A DNA stretch of 32,000 nt. Source: Pseudomonas aeruginosa (lineage in GTDB: Bacteria > Pseudomonadota > Gammaproteobacteria > Pseudomonadales > Pseudomonadaceae). Under the pieces are notes generated by a model that was not told the DNA's origin, made no database searches, and worked only from the letters and a program-made list of their open reading frames with translations. The position numbers and the translations under genes were made by a program. This document shows positions 10,370 to 21,023 of the stretch, piece after piece. Each line of letters opens with the position of its first letter. Position 1 is the first letter of the stretch. The stretch lies in contig NZ_LN831024.1 of NCBI RefSeq assembly GCF_001457615.1, forward strand, positions 990,001-1,022,000. The letters run 5' to 3'.

Positions 10370-11593
10370 TCAGGCGACCTCCGCTCGCTCCCAGGCGGCG
10401 AGGAGGTCGGCCAGTCCGGCGCTGGCCGCCGGATCGGAGTGCGGGAAGATGAAGGCGAAGCCGCCGGCGGTCGAGCGCAGGGGCAGGATGTCCAAGTCCG
10501 CCAGGCCGTCGCAGCACAACCGCCAGCCGCGTTGCGGGCGGGATTCGGGCAGCTCGGCGTGCAGCCGCCCGCCGAAATAGCCGAGTTCCATCAGTTCCGC
10601 CGCATAGACGCCGAACTGCGGATGTTCCAGCCGAGCGTGCCCCTGGGCTGGCCGATGTCGGACCTCGAAGCGTCGCTCCAGGCCGAGCAGGCGCGTGCGC
10701 GGGATCCGCGTGCTGCCCTCGGCGCGCTCCGGCAGTGCCTCGCCGCGCAGGAACGGGCCGTAGAGCCGGGCGCAGGCCTCGCGTCGTTCGAACTGGGCAA
10801 GATGGTCGGCGTCGTGGATCAGGGCGAACTCGGCGTTCCCGCAGGCATGGGCGAACACCGCATGTTCCCAGGGCTGGGTGAAATGGTCGTACTCGCCGGC
10901 GAGCACCAGGGTCGGGCAGGTCGGGTGCCGCTCGAAGCCGCCGAAGGCCAGCAGGCGCCGGCTATTCTGCCGGTAGCGTTCGATCTCCGCCGCGGTCAGG
11001 CGTTGCAACTGGCGCAGCATGGCCTTGCGAAATACCGGGGAGACGCCGGTACGTTCCAGCTGTAGCGGGTTGATCAGGCCGGTCAGTACGCCGTGGGCGA
11101 AGGCGCTCTGGTCGCCCTCGTCGAGCCGGGCCAGGGCTTCTTCCAGCAGCAGCCGCGCACCGGGGCGGCCGAATGCGGTGATGCCGGCCAGTAGCAGGCG
11201 CGCGCAGCGGCGCGGATGGCGGGCGGCGAACAGCGCGGCCAGGGCCGAGCCGTAGGACAGGCCGATGGGCATCAACGGCGGCAGGCCGAGCTGTTCGGCG
11301 AAGGCCGCGATCAGGTCGGCGAGGTCTTCCAGGCTCAGTTCCGCCGCCAGTTGCAGGTTGCCGCCCTGGCTCGGCAGGTCGAGCAGGATCACCGGGTGCT
11401 CGGCGAGCAGTTCGCTGACCTCGCCGGTGAACGAGCGGAAGCTCTGGAAGGCGCCGCCCAGCAGGAGCACCGGCGGGCGCGGGTCGTCGGCGCGGGCGGC
11501 GAAGGCCTGGTAGCGCAGTTGCCAGCCGTCTAGGAAGAGGATATCCGGTTCGCTGCTTAGCGACTGCGCGCTGTAGTCGGTACGGTAGCGCAT
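10370..11593 (-). CDS. Alpha/beta-fold hydrolase with an extra ~110-aa C-terminal domain
   Basis: ATG at 11593 (codon 35 of track ORF 10370..11695), giving 407 aa. The nucleophile elbow is GLSYG and the catalytic His lies in IHDADHLAQ. The C-terminal extension covers aa ~295-407. The SD is weak. Confidence 0.8.
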
Positions 11594-11676
11594 GGCGAGG
11601 CCCCGCGGTGTGTGCGTCGTTATTGTTGTTCTGCCGAGCGGGTGCCGGTGGGTGGCAGTGGCCAGGCTCGCTTCGA

Positions 11677-11707
11677 AGGTAAACAGAGGTAGCAATTTTG
11701 TTTACCT
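11677..11707. promoter_or_regulatory. 9-bp perfect inverted repeat AGGTAAACA-N13-TGTTTACCT in a divergent promoter region
   Basis: The arms lie at 11677-11685 and 11699-11707. This is the only AT-rich island in the 296-bp gap between the hydrolase gene (minus strand) and proA (plus strand). Confidence 0.35.
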
Positions 11708-11851
11708 ATCCTTCGGCCGGCGCCTGCGCCCGGGTGTCACCGTCTCGCGCACAGGCCCAGGCGCAGCGGGGCCGCCGCGTTACCGCCGGGGCCGCGGAAC
11801 GCACTGTCTACCGACCGGCTGTTGCGGCTGGGCGCGCCGGGGCTGGCTCGC

Positions 11852-11857
11852 TATAAT
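11852..11857 (+). promoter_or_regulatory. Candidate -10 hexamer TATAAT upstream of proA
   Basis: A perfect TATAAT ends 32 nt before the proA ATG. I could not find a convincing -35 at 16-18 nt spacing. Confidence 0.3.
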
Positions 11858-11889
11858 CGCGCATTTCCCTGACGCCAGATGCCGAGACC

Positions 11890-13154
<1,265 letters not shown>

Positions 13155-13155
<1 letters not shown>

Positions 13156-13799
13156 TGGGCAAACGTATCGGCCTGTTCGGCGGCACTTTCGACCCCGTGC
13201 ATATCGGACATATGCGCAGCGCCGTGGAAATGGCCGAGCAGTTCGCCCTCGACGAACTGCGCCTGCTGCCCAATGCGCGGCCGCCGCACCGGGAAACCCC
13301 GCAGGTGTCGGCCGCGCAGCGGTTGGCGATGGTCGAGCGGGCGGTGGCGGGAGTCGAGCGATTGACGGTCGATCCCCGCGAACTGCAGCGCGACAAGCCG
13401 TCCTACACCATCGACACCCTGGAGTCGGTGCGGGCGGAGCTGGCGGCCGACGACCAGTTGTTCATGCTGATCGGCTGGGATGCCTTCTGCGGCTTGCCGA
13501 CGTGGCACCGCTGGGAGGCGTTGCTGGATCACTGCCACATCGTCGTGTTGCAGCGTCCGGATGCCGACAGCGAGCCGCCGGAGTCGCTGCGCGACCTGCT
13601 GGCGGCGCGGAGCGTGGCCGACCCGCAGGCCCTGAAAGGGCCGGGCGGACAGATCACCTTCGTCTGGCAGACGCCGCTGGCGGTGTCCGCCACCCAGATC
13701 CGCGCGCTGCTGGGTGCCGGGCGCTCCGTGCGTTTCCTGGTGCCGGACGCGGTATTGAACTACATCGAGGCGCACCACCTGTATCGTGCGCCACACTGA
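13155..13799 (+). CDS. nadD: Nicotinate-nucleotide adenylyltransferase
   Basis: The ATG shares 1 nt with the proA stop (TGATG). The 214-aa product has the [11 protein letters not shown] nucleotidyltransferase motif. Only the 3' end of track ORF 11592..13799 is real. Confidence 0.93.
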
Positions 13800-13821
13800 T
13801 AAAGAAACAGAGACCGACTCA

Positions 13822-14178
13822 ATGCAAACCGAACAACTCGTCCAAGTGGCCATCGATGCCCTGGAAGACCTCAAGGCCCAGGACATCGTGACCCTCGATG
13901 TGCGGGACAAGACCAGCGTCACCGACTACATGGTGATCGCCTGCGGCAGTTCCAGCCGCCAGGTCAAGTCGCTGGCCGACAACGTCCTGACCAAGGCCAA
14001 GGAAAACGGCGTCAAGCCCCTGGGCAGCGAAGGCCTGGAGTCCGGCGAATGGGCGCTGCTCGACCTGGGCGACGTGGTGGTCCACGTGATGCTCCCGGCG
14101 ACCCGCCAGTTCTACGACCTGGAGCGCCTGTGGCAGGGCGCCGAGCAGAGCCGCGCCCAGCACCAGCCGGAAGAGTGA
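13822..14178 (+). CDS. rsfS: Ribosomal silencing factor RsfS
   Basis: ATG at 13822, giving 118 aa. It aligns from residue 1 with my memory of E. coli RsfS ([25 protein letters not shown]). The track start at 13786 is a GTG inside nadD. Confidence 0.9.
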
Positions 14179-14185
14179 CGCCGGC

Positions 14186-14653
14186 ATGCGGTTGCGCCTG
14201 ATCGCGGTTGGCTCGCGCATGCCTCGCTGGGTCGAGGAAGGCTGGCAGGAATACGTCAAGCGCCTGCCGGCCGAGCTGTCCCTCGAACTGGTGGAGATCC
14301 CGCTCAACACCCGCGGCAAGAACGCCGACGTGGCGCGCCTGATCCGTCAGGAAGGCGAGGCCATGCTGGCGCGCGTGCAGCCGGGGGAACGGGTGGTGAC
14401 CCTGGAGGTCGAAGGTCGGCCCTGGAGCACCGAGCAACTGGCTCGCGAACTGGATCGCTGGCGTCTCGACGCACGCACCGTGAATCTCATGGTCGGCGGC
14501 CCGGAAGGGCTGGCGCCGGAGGTCTGCGCGCGCAGCGAGCAGCGCTGGTCGCTGTCGCCGTTGACGCTGCCGCACCCGTTGGTGCGGATCCTGGTCGGCG
14601 AGCAGATCTACCGGGCCTGGACCGTATTGTCCGGGCACCCCTACCACAAATAG
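14186..14653 (+). CDS. rlmH: 23S rRNA (pseudouridine1915-N3)-methyltransferase RlmH
   Basis: 155 aa, SPOUT family, and in the conserved rsfS-rlmH-mrdA position. Confidence 0.93.
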   Translation: MRLRLIAVGSRMPRWVEEGWQEYVKRLPAELSLELVEIPLNTRGKNADVARLIRQEGEAMLARVQPGERVVTLEVEGRPWSTEQLARELDRWRLDARTVNLMVGGPEGLAPEVCARSEQRWSLSPLTLPHPLVRILVGEQIYRAWTVLSGHPYHK

Positions 14654-14665
14654 TCCCCAGTCCCG

Positions 14666-16606
14666 ATGCCGCAGCCGATCCACCTGAAAGACCACGAGAA
14701 AGACGCCCGCCTGGTGCGTCGGCGCGTCATCGTCGGGGCGGTGGCGGTGGTCTTGCTGACCCTGGTGCTGGTGGCGCGCATGTACCACCTGCAGGTGACC
14801 CAGTACGAGTACCACTCGACGCTGTCGGAGAACAACCGGGTCCATGTGCAGCCGATCCCGCCGACCCGCGGGATCATCTTCGACCGCAACGGCGTGATCA
14901 TCGCCGACAACCGGCCGAGCTTCAGCCTGACCATCACCCGCGAACGCACCGAGGACCTGCAGAAGACCCTCGACACGCTGGTGGAGATCCTCGGCCTGAC
15001 CGAGGACGACCGGGCCATCTTCGAGAAGCGCATGAAGCAGGGGCGGCGTCCGTTCGAGCCGGTTCCCATCATGTTCGAACTCAACGAGGAACAGATCGCC
15101 CGCATCGCGGTGAACCAGTTCCGCCTGCCGGGCGTCGACGTGGCGACCCAGTTCGTCCGCCACTACCCGCTGAAGGAGCACTTCGCCCATTCGGTCGGGT
15201 ACGTCGGGCGGATCAACGAGCAGGAACTGAAGAACCTCGACCCGATCAACTACAGCGGCACCCACCATATCGGCAAGACCGGCATCGAGCGCTTCTACGA
15301 GAGCGAGTTGCACGGCACGGTTGGCTACGAGGAAGTCGAGACCAACGCCCGCGGGCGGGTGCTGCGGGTGCTCAAGCGCACCGACCCGATTCCCGGCAAG
15401 GACATCGTCCTGAGCATCGACAGCCGCCTGCAGGAGGCCGCCGAGAACGCCCTGGCCGGGCGGCGGGGCGCCATCGTGGCGATCCAGCCGTCCACCGGCG
15501 ACGTGCTGGCGATGGTCAGCCAGCCGAGCTACGACCCCAACCTGTTCGTCACCGGCATCAGCTTCAAGGCCTATGCCGAGCTGCGCGACTCCATCGACCG
15601 GCCCCTGTACAACCGCGTCCTGCGCGGGCTCTATCCGCCGGGCTCGACGGTGAAGCCGGCGGTGGCGCTGGCCGGCCTCGACGCCGGGGTGGTCACGCCG
15701 ACCTCGCGGGTCTTCGACCCCGGCTACTACCAGTTGCCCAACTACGACCACAAGTACCGTAACTGGAACCGCTACGGCGATGGCTGGGTGAGCCTGGAGT
15801 CGGCGATCTACCGGTCCAACGACACCTATTTCTACGACCTCGCGCACAAGCTGGGGATCGACCGCCTGCACGCCTTCATGAGCCGCTTCGGCTTCGGCCA
15901 GAAAGTCGCCCTGGACATGTTCGGCGAAGCCGACGGGCTGATGCCCTCGCGCGAATGGAAGCGCAAGACCCGCCGCCAGGTCTGGTACCCGGGCGAGACC
16001 CTGATCCTCGGCATCGGCCAGGGCTACATGCAGGCGACGCCGATCCAACTGGCGCAGATGACCGCGCTGCTGGCCAACAAGGGCCACTGGATCCGCCCGC
16101 ACCTGGCCAAGACCATCGACGGCCAGCCGCCGGTCGACCCCGACCCGATGCCCGACATCGTGCTGCGCGACCCGGCCAACTGGGACCGCGTCGACTACGG
16201 CATGCAGCAGGTGGTGCATGGCGCCCGCGGCACGGCGCGCAAGGTCGGCGCCACCTCGGCCTACCTGATCGCCGGCAAGAGCGGTACCGCCCAGGTGGTG
16301 GCGATCAAGCAGAACGAGCGCTACGACCGCTCCAAGCTGCTCGAGCGGCACCGCGACCACGCCCTGTTCGTCGGCTTCGCGCCGGCCAACAACCCGCAGA
16401 TCGCGGTGGCGGTGATGGTGGAGAACGGCGAGTCCGGCTCCGGCGTCGCCGCCCCGGTGGTCAAGCAGGTGATGGACGCCTGGCTGCTCGACGAGCACGG
16501 CAAGCTCAAGGCCGAATACGCGGAACCCGTCGCGCCGCTCGCGGCGGCGGTGGCCAAGCCCGAACCCACGGCAGCCGAGCCGGAGGCGCCCGCCCTTGAA
16601 CAGTAA
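14666..16606 (+). CDS. mrdA: Penicillin-binding protein 2 (elongasome transpeptidase)
   Basis: 646 aa with an N-terminal TM segment. Transpeptidase motifs are STVK, SND (YRSNDTYF) and KSGTA. Confidence 0.95.
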   Translation: MPQPIHLKDHEKDARLVRRRVIVGAVAVVLLTLVLVARMYHLQVTQYEYHSTLSENNRVHVQPIPPTRGIIFDRNGVIIADNRPSFSLTITRERTEDLQKTLDTLVEILGLTEDDRAIFEKRMKQGRRPFEPVPIMFELNEEQIARIAVNQFRLPGVDVATQFVRHYPLKEHFAHSVGYVGRINEQELKNLDPINYSGTHHIGKTGIERFYESELHGTVGYEEVETNARGRVLRVLKRTDPIPGKDIVLSIDSRLQEAAENALAGRRGAIVAIQPSTGDVLAMVSQPSYDPNLFVTGISFKAYAELRDSIDRPLYNRVLRGLYPPGSTVKPAVALAGLDAGVVTPTSRVFDPGYYQLPNYDHKYRNWNRYGDGWVSLESAIYRSNDTYFYDLAHKLGIDRLHAFMSRFGFGQKVALDMFGEADGLMPSREWKRKTRRQVWYPGETLILGIGQGYMQATPIQLAQMTALLANKGHWIRPHLAKTIDGQPPVDPDPMPDIVLRDPANWDRVDYGMQQVVHGARGTARKVGATSAYLIAGKSGTAQVVAIKQNERYDRSKLLERHRDHALFVGFAPANNPQIAVAVMVENGESGSGVAAPVVKQVMDAWLLDEHGKLKAEYAEPVAPLAAAVAKPEPTAAEPEAPALEQ

Positions 16607-17741
16607 CTTCGACCGCACCCTGTCCAACGAAGACGTGATGCGCCGGCGCGCCAGCCTGTTGCAGCGCCTGCACATCGACGGGATTCTCCTGCTGCTGTTG
16701 CTGATCCTCGGCGCCACCGGCCTGTTCGTCCTCTATTCGGCGAGCGGCAAGAGCTGGGACATGCTGATGAAGCAGGCCACCTCGTTCGGCCTGGGACTGG
16801 GCATGATGGTGGTCATCGCCCAGATCGAGCCGCGCTTCATGGCCCGCTGGGTGCCGCTGGGCTACCTGGTGGGGGTCGCGCTGCTGGTGGTGGTCGACGT
16901 GATCGGCCACGACGCCAAGGGGGCGACGCGCTGGATCAACATCCCCGGGGTGATCCGCTTCCAGCCCTCGGAGTTCATGAAGCTGCTGATGCCGATGACG
17001 GTGGCCTGGTACCTGTCCAAGCGCAACCTGCCGCCGGGGCTCAAGCACATGGTGATCAGCCTGGCGATCATCATCACCCCGTTCGTGCTGATCCTGAAAC
17101 AGCCCGACCTCGGCACCGCCATGCTGATCCTCGCTTCCGGCGGCTTCGTGCTGTTCGTCGGCGGCCTGCGCTGGCGCTGGATCGTCGGCGCGGTGTCGGC
17201 GGCGGTGCCGATCGCCGTGGCGATGTGGTTCTTCATCATGCACGACTACCAGAAACAGCGGGTGCTGACCTTCCTCGACCCGGAAAGCGACCCGCTGGGC
17301 ACCGGCTGGAACATCATCCAGTCTAAGGCGGCCATCGGTTCCGGCGGGGTATTCGGCAAGGGCTGGCTGCTGGGCACCCAGTCGCACCTGGATTTTTTGC
17401 CGGAAAGCCATACCGACTTTATCATTGCGGTCCTCGGCGAGGAGTTCGGCCTGGTCGGCGTCTGCCTGCTGCTGGTGCTCTACCTGCTGCTGATCAGTCG
17501 TGGCCTGGTGATCACCGCCCAGGCGCAGACGCTCTACGGCAAACTGCTGGCCGGTGGCATCACCATGACGTTTTTCGTTTATGTCTTCGTGAATATCGGT
17601 ATGGTGAGCGGGTTGTTGCCGGTGGTGGGGGTACCGCTGCCTTTCATTAGTTATGGCGGAACTTCGCTGGTTACCCTGTTGTCAGGGTTCGGGGTTCTGA
17701 TGTCGATCCATACCCATCGGAAGTGGATCGCCCAGGTTTGA
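16596..17741 (+). CDS. rodA: SEDS-family peptidoglycan glycosyltransferase RodA
   Basis: Strong similarity to E. coli RodA throughout. TTG at 16596 has GGAGG 8 nt upstream and overlaps mrdA by 11 nt. Alternative starts are GTG 16635 and ATG 16638, which would give 367-368 aa. Confidence 0.88.
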   Translation: MNSNFDRTLSNEDVMRRRASLLQRLHIDGILLLLLLILGATGLFVLYSASGKSWDMLMKQATSFGLGLGMMVVIAQIEPRFMARWVPLGYLVGVALLVVVDVIGHDAKGATRWINIPGVIRFQPSEFMKLLMPMTVAWYLSKRNLPPGLKHMVISLAIIITPFVLILKQPDLGTAMLILASGGFVLFVGGLRWRWIVGAVSAAVPIAVAMWFFIMHDYQKQRVLTFLDPESDPLGTGWNIIQSKAAIGSGGVFGKGWLLGTQSHLDFLPESHTDFIIAVLGEEFGLVGVCLLLVLYLLLISRGLVITAQAQTLYGKLLAGGITMTFFVYVFVNIGMVSGLLPVVGVPLPFISYGGTSLVTLLSGFGVLMSIHTHRKWIAQV

Positions 17742-17749
17742 GACCAAGA

Positions 17750-18772
17750 GTGAAGAACGCAATGCAAGTACTGCGTACATGGGCGGCCAGGGGCGTCCAA
17801 TGGGTCGGCGTAGCCGGCGTCATTGGCCTGTCCGGGGCGGCCCAGGCGGGGGACTACGACGGCTCGCCGCAAGTGGCCGAGTTCGTCAGCGAAATGACCC
17901 GCGACTACGGCTTCGCCGGAGAGCAGCTGATGGGGCTGTTCCGCGACGTGAACCGCAAGCAGTCGATCCTCGATGCGATCTCGCGCCCGGCCGAGCGGGT
18001 CAAGCAGTGGAAGGAATACCGGCCGATCTTCATCAGCGACGCGCGCATCAGTCGTGGCGTCGACTTCTGGAACAAGCATGCCGAAGACCTGGCGCGGGCG
18101 GAGAAGGAATACGGCGTGCCGGCCGAGATCATCGTCTCGATCATCGGCGTGGAAACCTTCTTCGGCCGCAACACCGGCAGCTACCGGGTGATGGACGCGC
18201 TGTCCACCCTCGGCTTCGACTACCCGCCGCGAGCCGACTTCTTCCGCAAGGAGTTGCGCGAGTTCCTCCTGCTCGCCCGCGAACAGCAGGTCGACCCGCT
18301 CAGCCTGACCGGCTCCTACGCCGGCGCCATGGGCCTGCCGCAATTCATGCCGAGCAGCTTCCGCGCCTACGCGGTGGACTTCGACGGCGATGGCCACATC
18401 AATATCTGGAGTGACCCGACCGACGCCATCGGTAGCGTCGCCAGCTACTTCAAGCAGCACGGCTGGGTCACCGGCGAGCCGGTGGTCTCGGTGGCCGAGA
18501 TCAACGACGAGAGCGCCGAGAGCGCGGTGACCAGGGGCGTCGACCCGACCATGAGCCTGGGCGAGCTGCGTGCCCGCGGCTGGCGCACCCACGATGCGCT
18601 GCGCGACGACCAGAAGGTCACGGCGATGCGTTTCGTCGGCGACAAGGGCATCGAGTATTGGGTCGGTTTGCCGAACTTCTACGTGATCACCCGCTATAAT
18701 CGCAGCGCCATGTATGCCATGGCGGTTTATCAGCTGGCGGGCGAGATTGCCCGCGCGCGAGGTGCCCATTGA
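17750..18772 (+). CDS. sltB1: Soluble lytic murein transglycosylase B family (SltB1)
   Basis: MltB-family (family 3) fold with the catalytic Glu in IIGVETFFG. The start is ambiguous: GTG 17750 gives 340 aa and ATG 17762 gives 336 aa. The track start 17723 lies inside rodA and is unlikely. Confidence 0.85.
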   Translation: MKNAMQVLRTWAARGVQWVGVAGVIGLSGAAQAGDYDGSPQVAEFVSEMTRDYGFAGEQLMGLFRDVNRKQSILDAISRPAERVKQWKEYRPIFISDARISRGVDFWNKHAEDLARAEKEYGVPAEIIVSIIGVETFFGRNTGSYRVMDALSTLGFDYPPRADFFRKELREFLLLAREQQVDPLSLTGSYAGAMGLPQFMPSSFRAYAVDFDGDGHINIWSDPTDAIGSVASYFKQHGWVTGEPVVSVAEINDESAESAVTRGVDPTMSLGELRARGWRTHDALRDDQKVTAMRFVGDKGIEYWVGLPNFYVITRYNRSAMYAMAVYQLAGEIARARGAH

Positions 18773-19797
18773 GCAAGCGTGTCCGCTCCTCCCTGATCCT
18801 GCCCGCCGTCTGCGGCCTCGGGCTGGCGGCCGTGCTGTTGAGCAGTTGCTCCAGCAAGGCGCCCCAGCAGCCGGCCAGGCAGGCGGGCATTTCCGGGCCG
18901 GGCGACTATTCCCGTCCGCATCGCGACGGCGCCCCCTGGTGGGACGTCGACGTGTCGCGGATCCCCGATGCGGTGCCGATGCCGCACAACGGTTCGGTGA
19001 AGGCCAACCCCTACACCGTGCTGGGCAAGACCTACTACCCGATGAACGATGCGCGGGCCTACCGGATGGTCGGCACCGCGTCCTGGTACGGCACCAAGTT
19101 CCACGGCCAGGCCACCGCCAACGGCGAGACCTACGACCTCTACGGCATGACCGCCGCGCACAAGACCCTGCCGTTGCCGAGCTATGTGCGGGTGACCAAC
19201 CTGGACAACGGCAAGAGCGTGATCGTCCGCGTCAACGACCGCGGCCCGTTCTATTCCGACCGGGTCATCGACCTGTCCTTCGCCGCGGCGAAGAAGCTCG
19301 GCTATGCCGAGACCGGCACCGCGCGGGTCAAGGTCGAAGGCATCGACCCGGTGCAGTGGTGGGCCCAGCGCGGCCGGCCGGCACCGATGGTCCTGGCGCA
19401 GCCCAAGCAGGCGGTGGCCCAGGCCGCTCCCGCCGCGGCGCAGACGCAGGCGGTGGCGATGGCCCAGCCGATCGAGACCTACACTCCGCCGCCGGCGCAG
19501 CACGCGGCCGCCGTGCTGCCGGTGCAGATCGACTCAAAAAAAAACGCTTCATTACCAGCCGATGGCCTGTATCTCCAGGTGGGCGCCTTCGCCAACCCGG
19601 ATGCGGCGGAGCTGCTGAAGGCCAAGCTGAGCGGCGTGACGGCTGCGCCGGTGTTTATCAGCTCGGTCGTGCGCAACCAGCAGATTCTGCACCGGGTGCG
19701 GCTGGGACCGATCGGTTCGGCGGACGAGGTTAGCCGCACCCAGGACAGCATCCGCGTGGCCAACCTTGGCCAGCCGACGCTGGTACGCCCCGACTGA
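18769..19797 (+). CDS. rlpA: Rare lipoprotein A, endolytic peptidoglycan transglycosylase (DPBB domain plus C-terminal SPOR domain)
   Basis: The TTG start overlaps the sltB1 stop (TTGA). The lipobox is LLSS|C. The DPBB core is ASWYGTKFHGQATANGETYD...VRVNDRGPF, and a SPOR-like C-terminus begins GLYLQVGAFANPDAAE. Confidence 0.9.
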   Translation: MSKRVRSSLILPAVCGLGLAAVLLSSCSSKAPQQPARQAGISGPGDYSRPHRDGAPWWDVDVSRIPDAVPMPHNGSVKANPYTVLGKTYYPMNDARAYRMVGTASWYGTKFHGQATANGETYDLYGMTAAHKTLPLPSYVRVTNLDNGKSVIVRVNDRGPFYSDRVIDLSFAAAKKLGYAETGTARVKVEGIDPVQWWAQRGRPAPMVLAQPKQAVAQAAPAAAQTQAVAMAQPIETYTPPPAQHAAAVLPVQIDSKKNASLPADGLYLQVGAFANPDAAELLKAKLSGVTAAPVFISSVVRNQQILHRVRLGPIGSADEVSRTQDSIRVANLGQPTLVRPD

Positions 19798-19862
19798 GCG
19801 CCTACTCACGCAGGGAATTCCCGCAAGGGATTGTTTGACCATTGGTAGAACCAGAGAGACGG

Positions 19863-21023
19863 ATGAACATCACCACTATCGCGAAACGCTTGTCACTGCT
19901 TGTCCTGTTCATCGCCCCTACGGCTGGCTGGGCTGCTGAATCCATGGTTCCGGCGCCGCCGCAACTGGCCGCCAAGTCGTACGTCCTGATGGACGGCGAG
20001 AGCGGCCAGGTTCTGGTCGAGAACAACGGCGACCAGCGCCTGCCGCCGGCCAGCCTGACCAAACTGATGACCGCCTACATCGCCACCAAGGAGATCGAGG
20101 CCGGCCGCATCGGCGAGAACGACCTGGTCACCGTCAGCGAACATGCCTGGCGCACCGGCGGTTCGCGGATGTTCATCAAGGTCGGCAGCCAGGTATCGGT
20201 GAGCGACCTGCTGCATGGCATCATCATCCAGTCCGGCAACGACGCCAGCGTCGCCCTGGCCGAGCATATCGCCGGCAGCGAAGACGCCTTCGCCGACATG
20301 ATGAACACCACCGCGCAGAAGCTGGGCCTGACCAACTCCCACTTCATGGACGCCACCGGCCTGCCCAACCCGGACCACTATTCCTCCGCCCGCGACATGG
20401 CGGTGCTGGCCCGCGCGATCATCTACGGCGAGCCGAGCCACTACGCGATCTACGCGCAGAAGGAATTCCTCTGGAACAACATCAAGCAGCCGAACCGCAA
20501 CCTGCTGCTGTGGCGCGACAAGACCGTCGACGGCCTGAAGACCGGCCACACCGACGAAGCCGGCTACTGCCTGGTGGCTTCCGCGGTACGCGACGGCCAG
20601 CGCATGATCGCCGTGGTGTTCGGCACCAACAGCGAGCAGGCCCGCGCCGCCGAGACCCAGAAGCTGCTGACCTATGGCTTCCGCTTCTTCGAAAGCCGCA
20701 ACTTCTACAAGAAGGGCACCGAGCTGACCAAGGGCCTGGTCTGGAAGGGTTCCGAGCATGAAGTGAAAGCCGGCCTCGCCGAAGACCTGACCATGACCCT
20801 GCCGCGCGGCCAGATGCAGAAGCTGCAGGCCAGCATGGTCCTGGAGCCGCAGCTGATGGCGCCGATCCAGCAGGGCCAGGTGATCGGCAAGGTGGAAGTG
20901 AAGCTGGACGACAAGGTCATCCGCAGCGCCGACCTGGTCGCCCTCAACGCCGTCGAGGAGGGTGGTTTCTTCCGCCGCCTGTGGGATAGCATCCGCCTGT
21001 TCTTCTACGGTTTGTTCAACTGA
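19863..21023 (+). CDS. dacC: D-alanyl-D-alanine carboxypeptidase (PBP5/6 class)
   Basis: ATG at 19863, giving 386 aa with a signal peptide. Motifs are SLTK, SGND and KTGHT. The track start 19842 is a TTG upstream. Confidence 0.92.
   Translation: MNITTIAKRLSLLVLFIAPTAGWAAESMVPAPPQLAAKSYVLMDGESGQVLVENNGDQRLPPASLTKLMTAYIATKEIEAGRIGENDLVTVSEHAWRTGGSRMFIKVGSQVSVSDLLHGIIIQSGNDASVALAEHIAGSEDAFADMMNTTAQKLGLTNSHFMDATGLPNPDHYSSARDMAVLARAIIYGEPSHYAIYAQKEFLWNNIKQPNRNLLLWRDKTVDGLKTGHTDEAGYCLVASAVRDGQRMIAVVFGTNSEQARAAETQKLLTYGFRFFESRNFYKKGTELTKGLVWKGSEHEVKAGLAEDLTMTLPRGQMQKLQASMVLEPQLMAPIQQGQVIGKVEVKLDDKVIRSADLVALNAVEEGGFFRRLWDSIRLFFYGLFN

Noticed and set aside
19813-19822. Perfect 10-bp palindrome GGGAATTCCC in the rlpA-dacC gap.
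   Set aside because: With no loop it cannot form a useful hairpin, there is no second copy, and the length is within chance expectation. No function can be argued.
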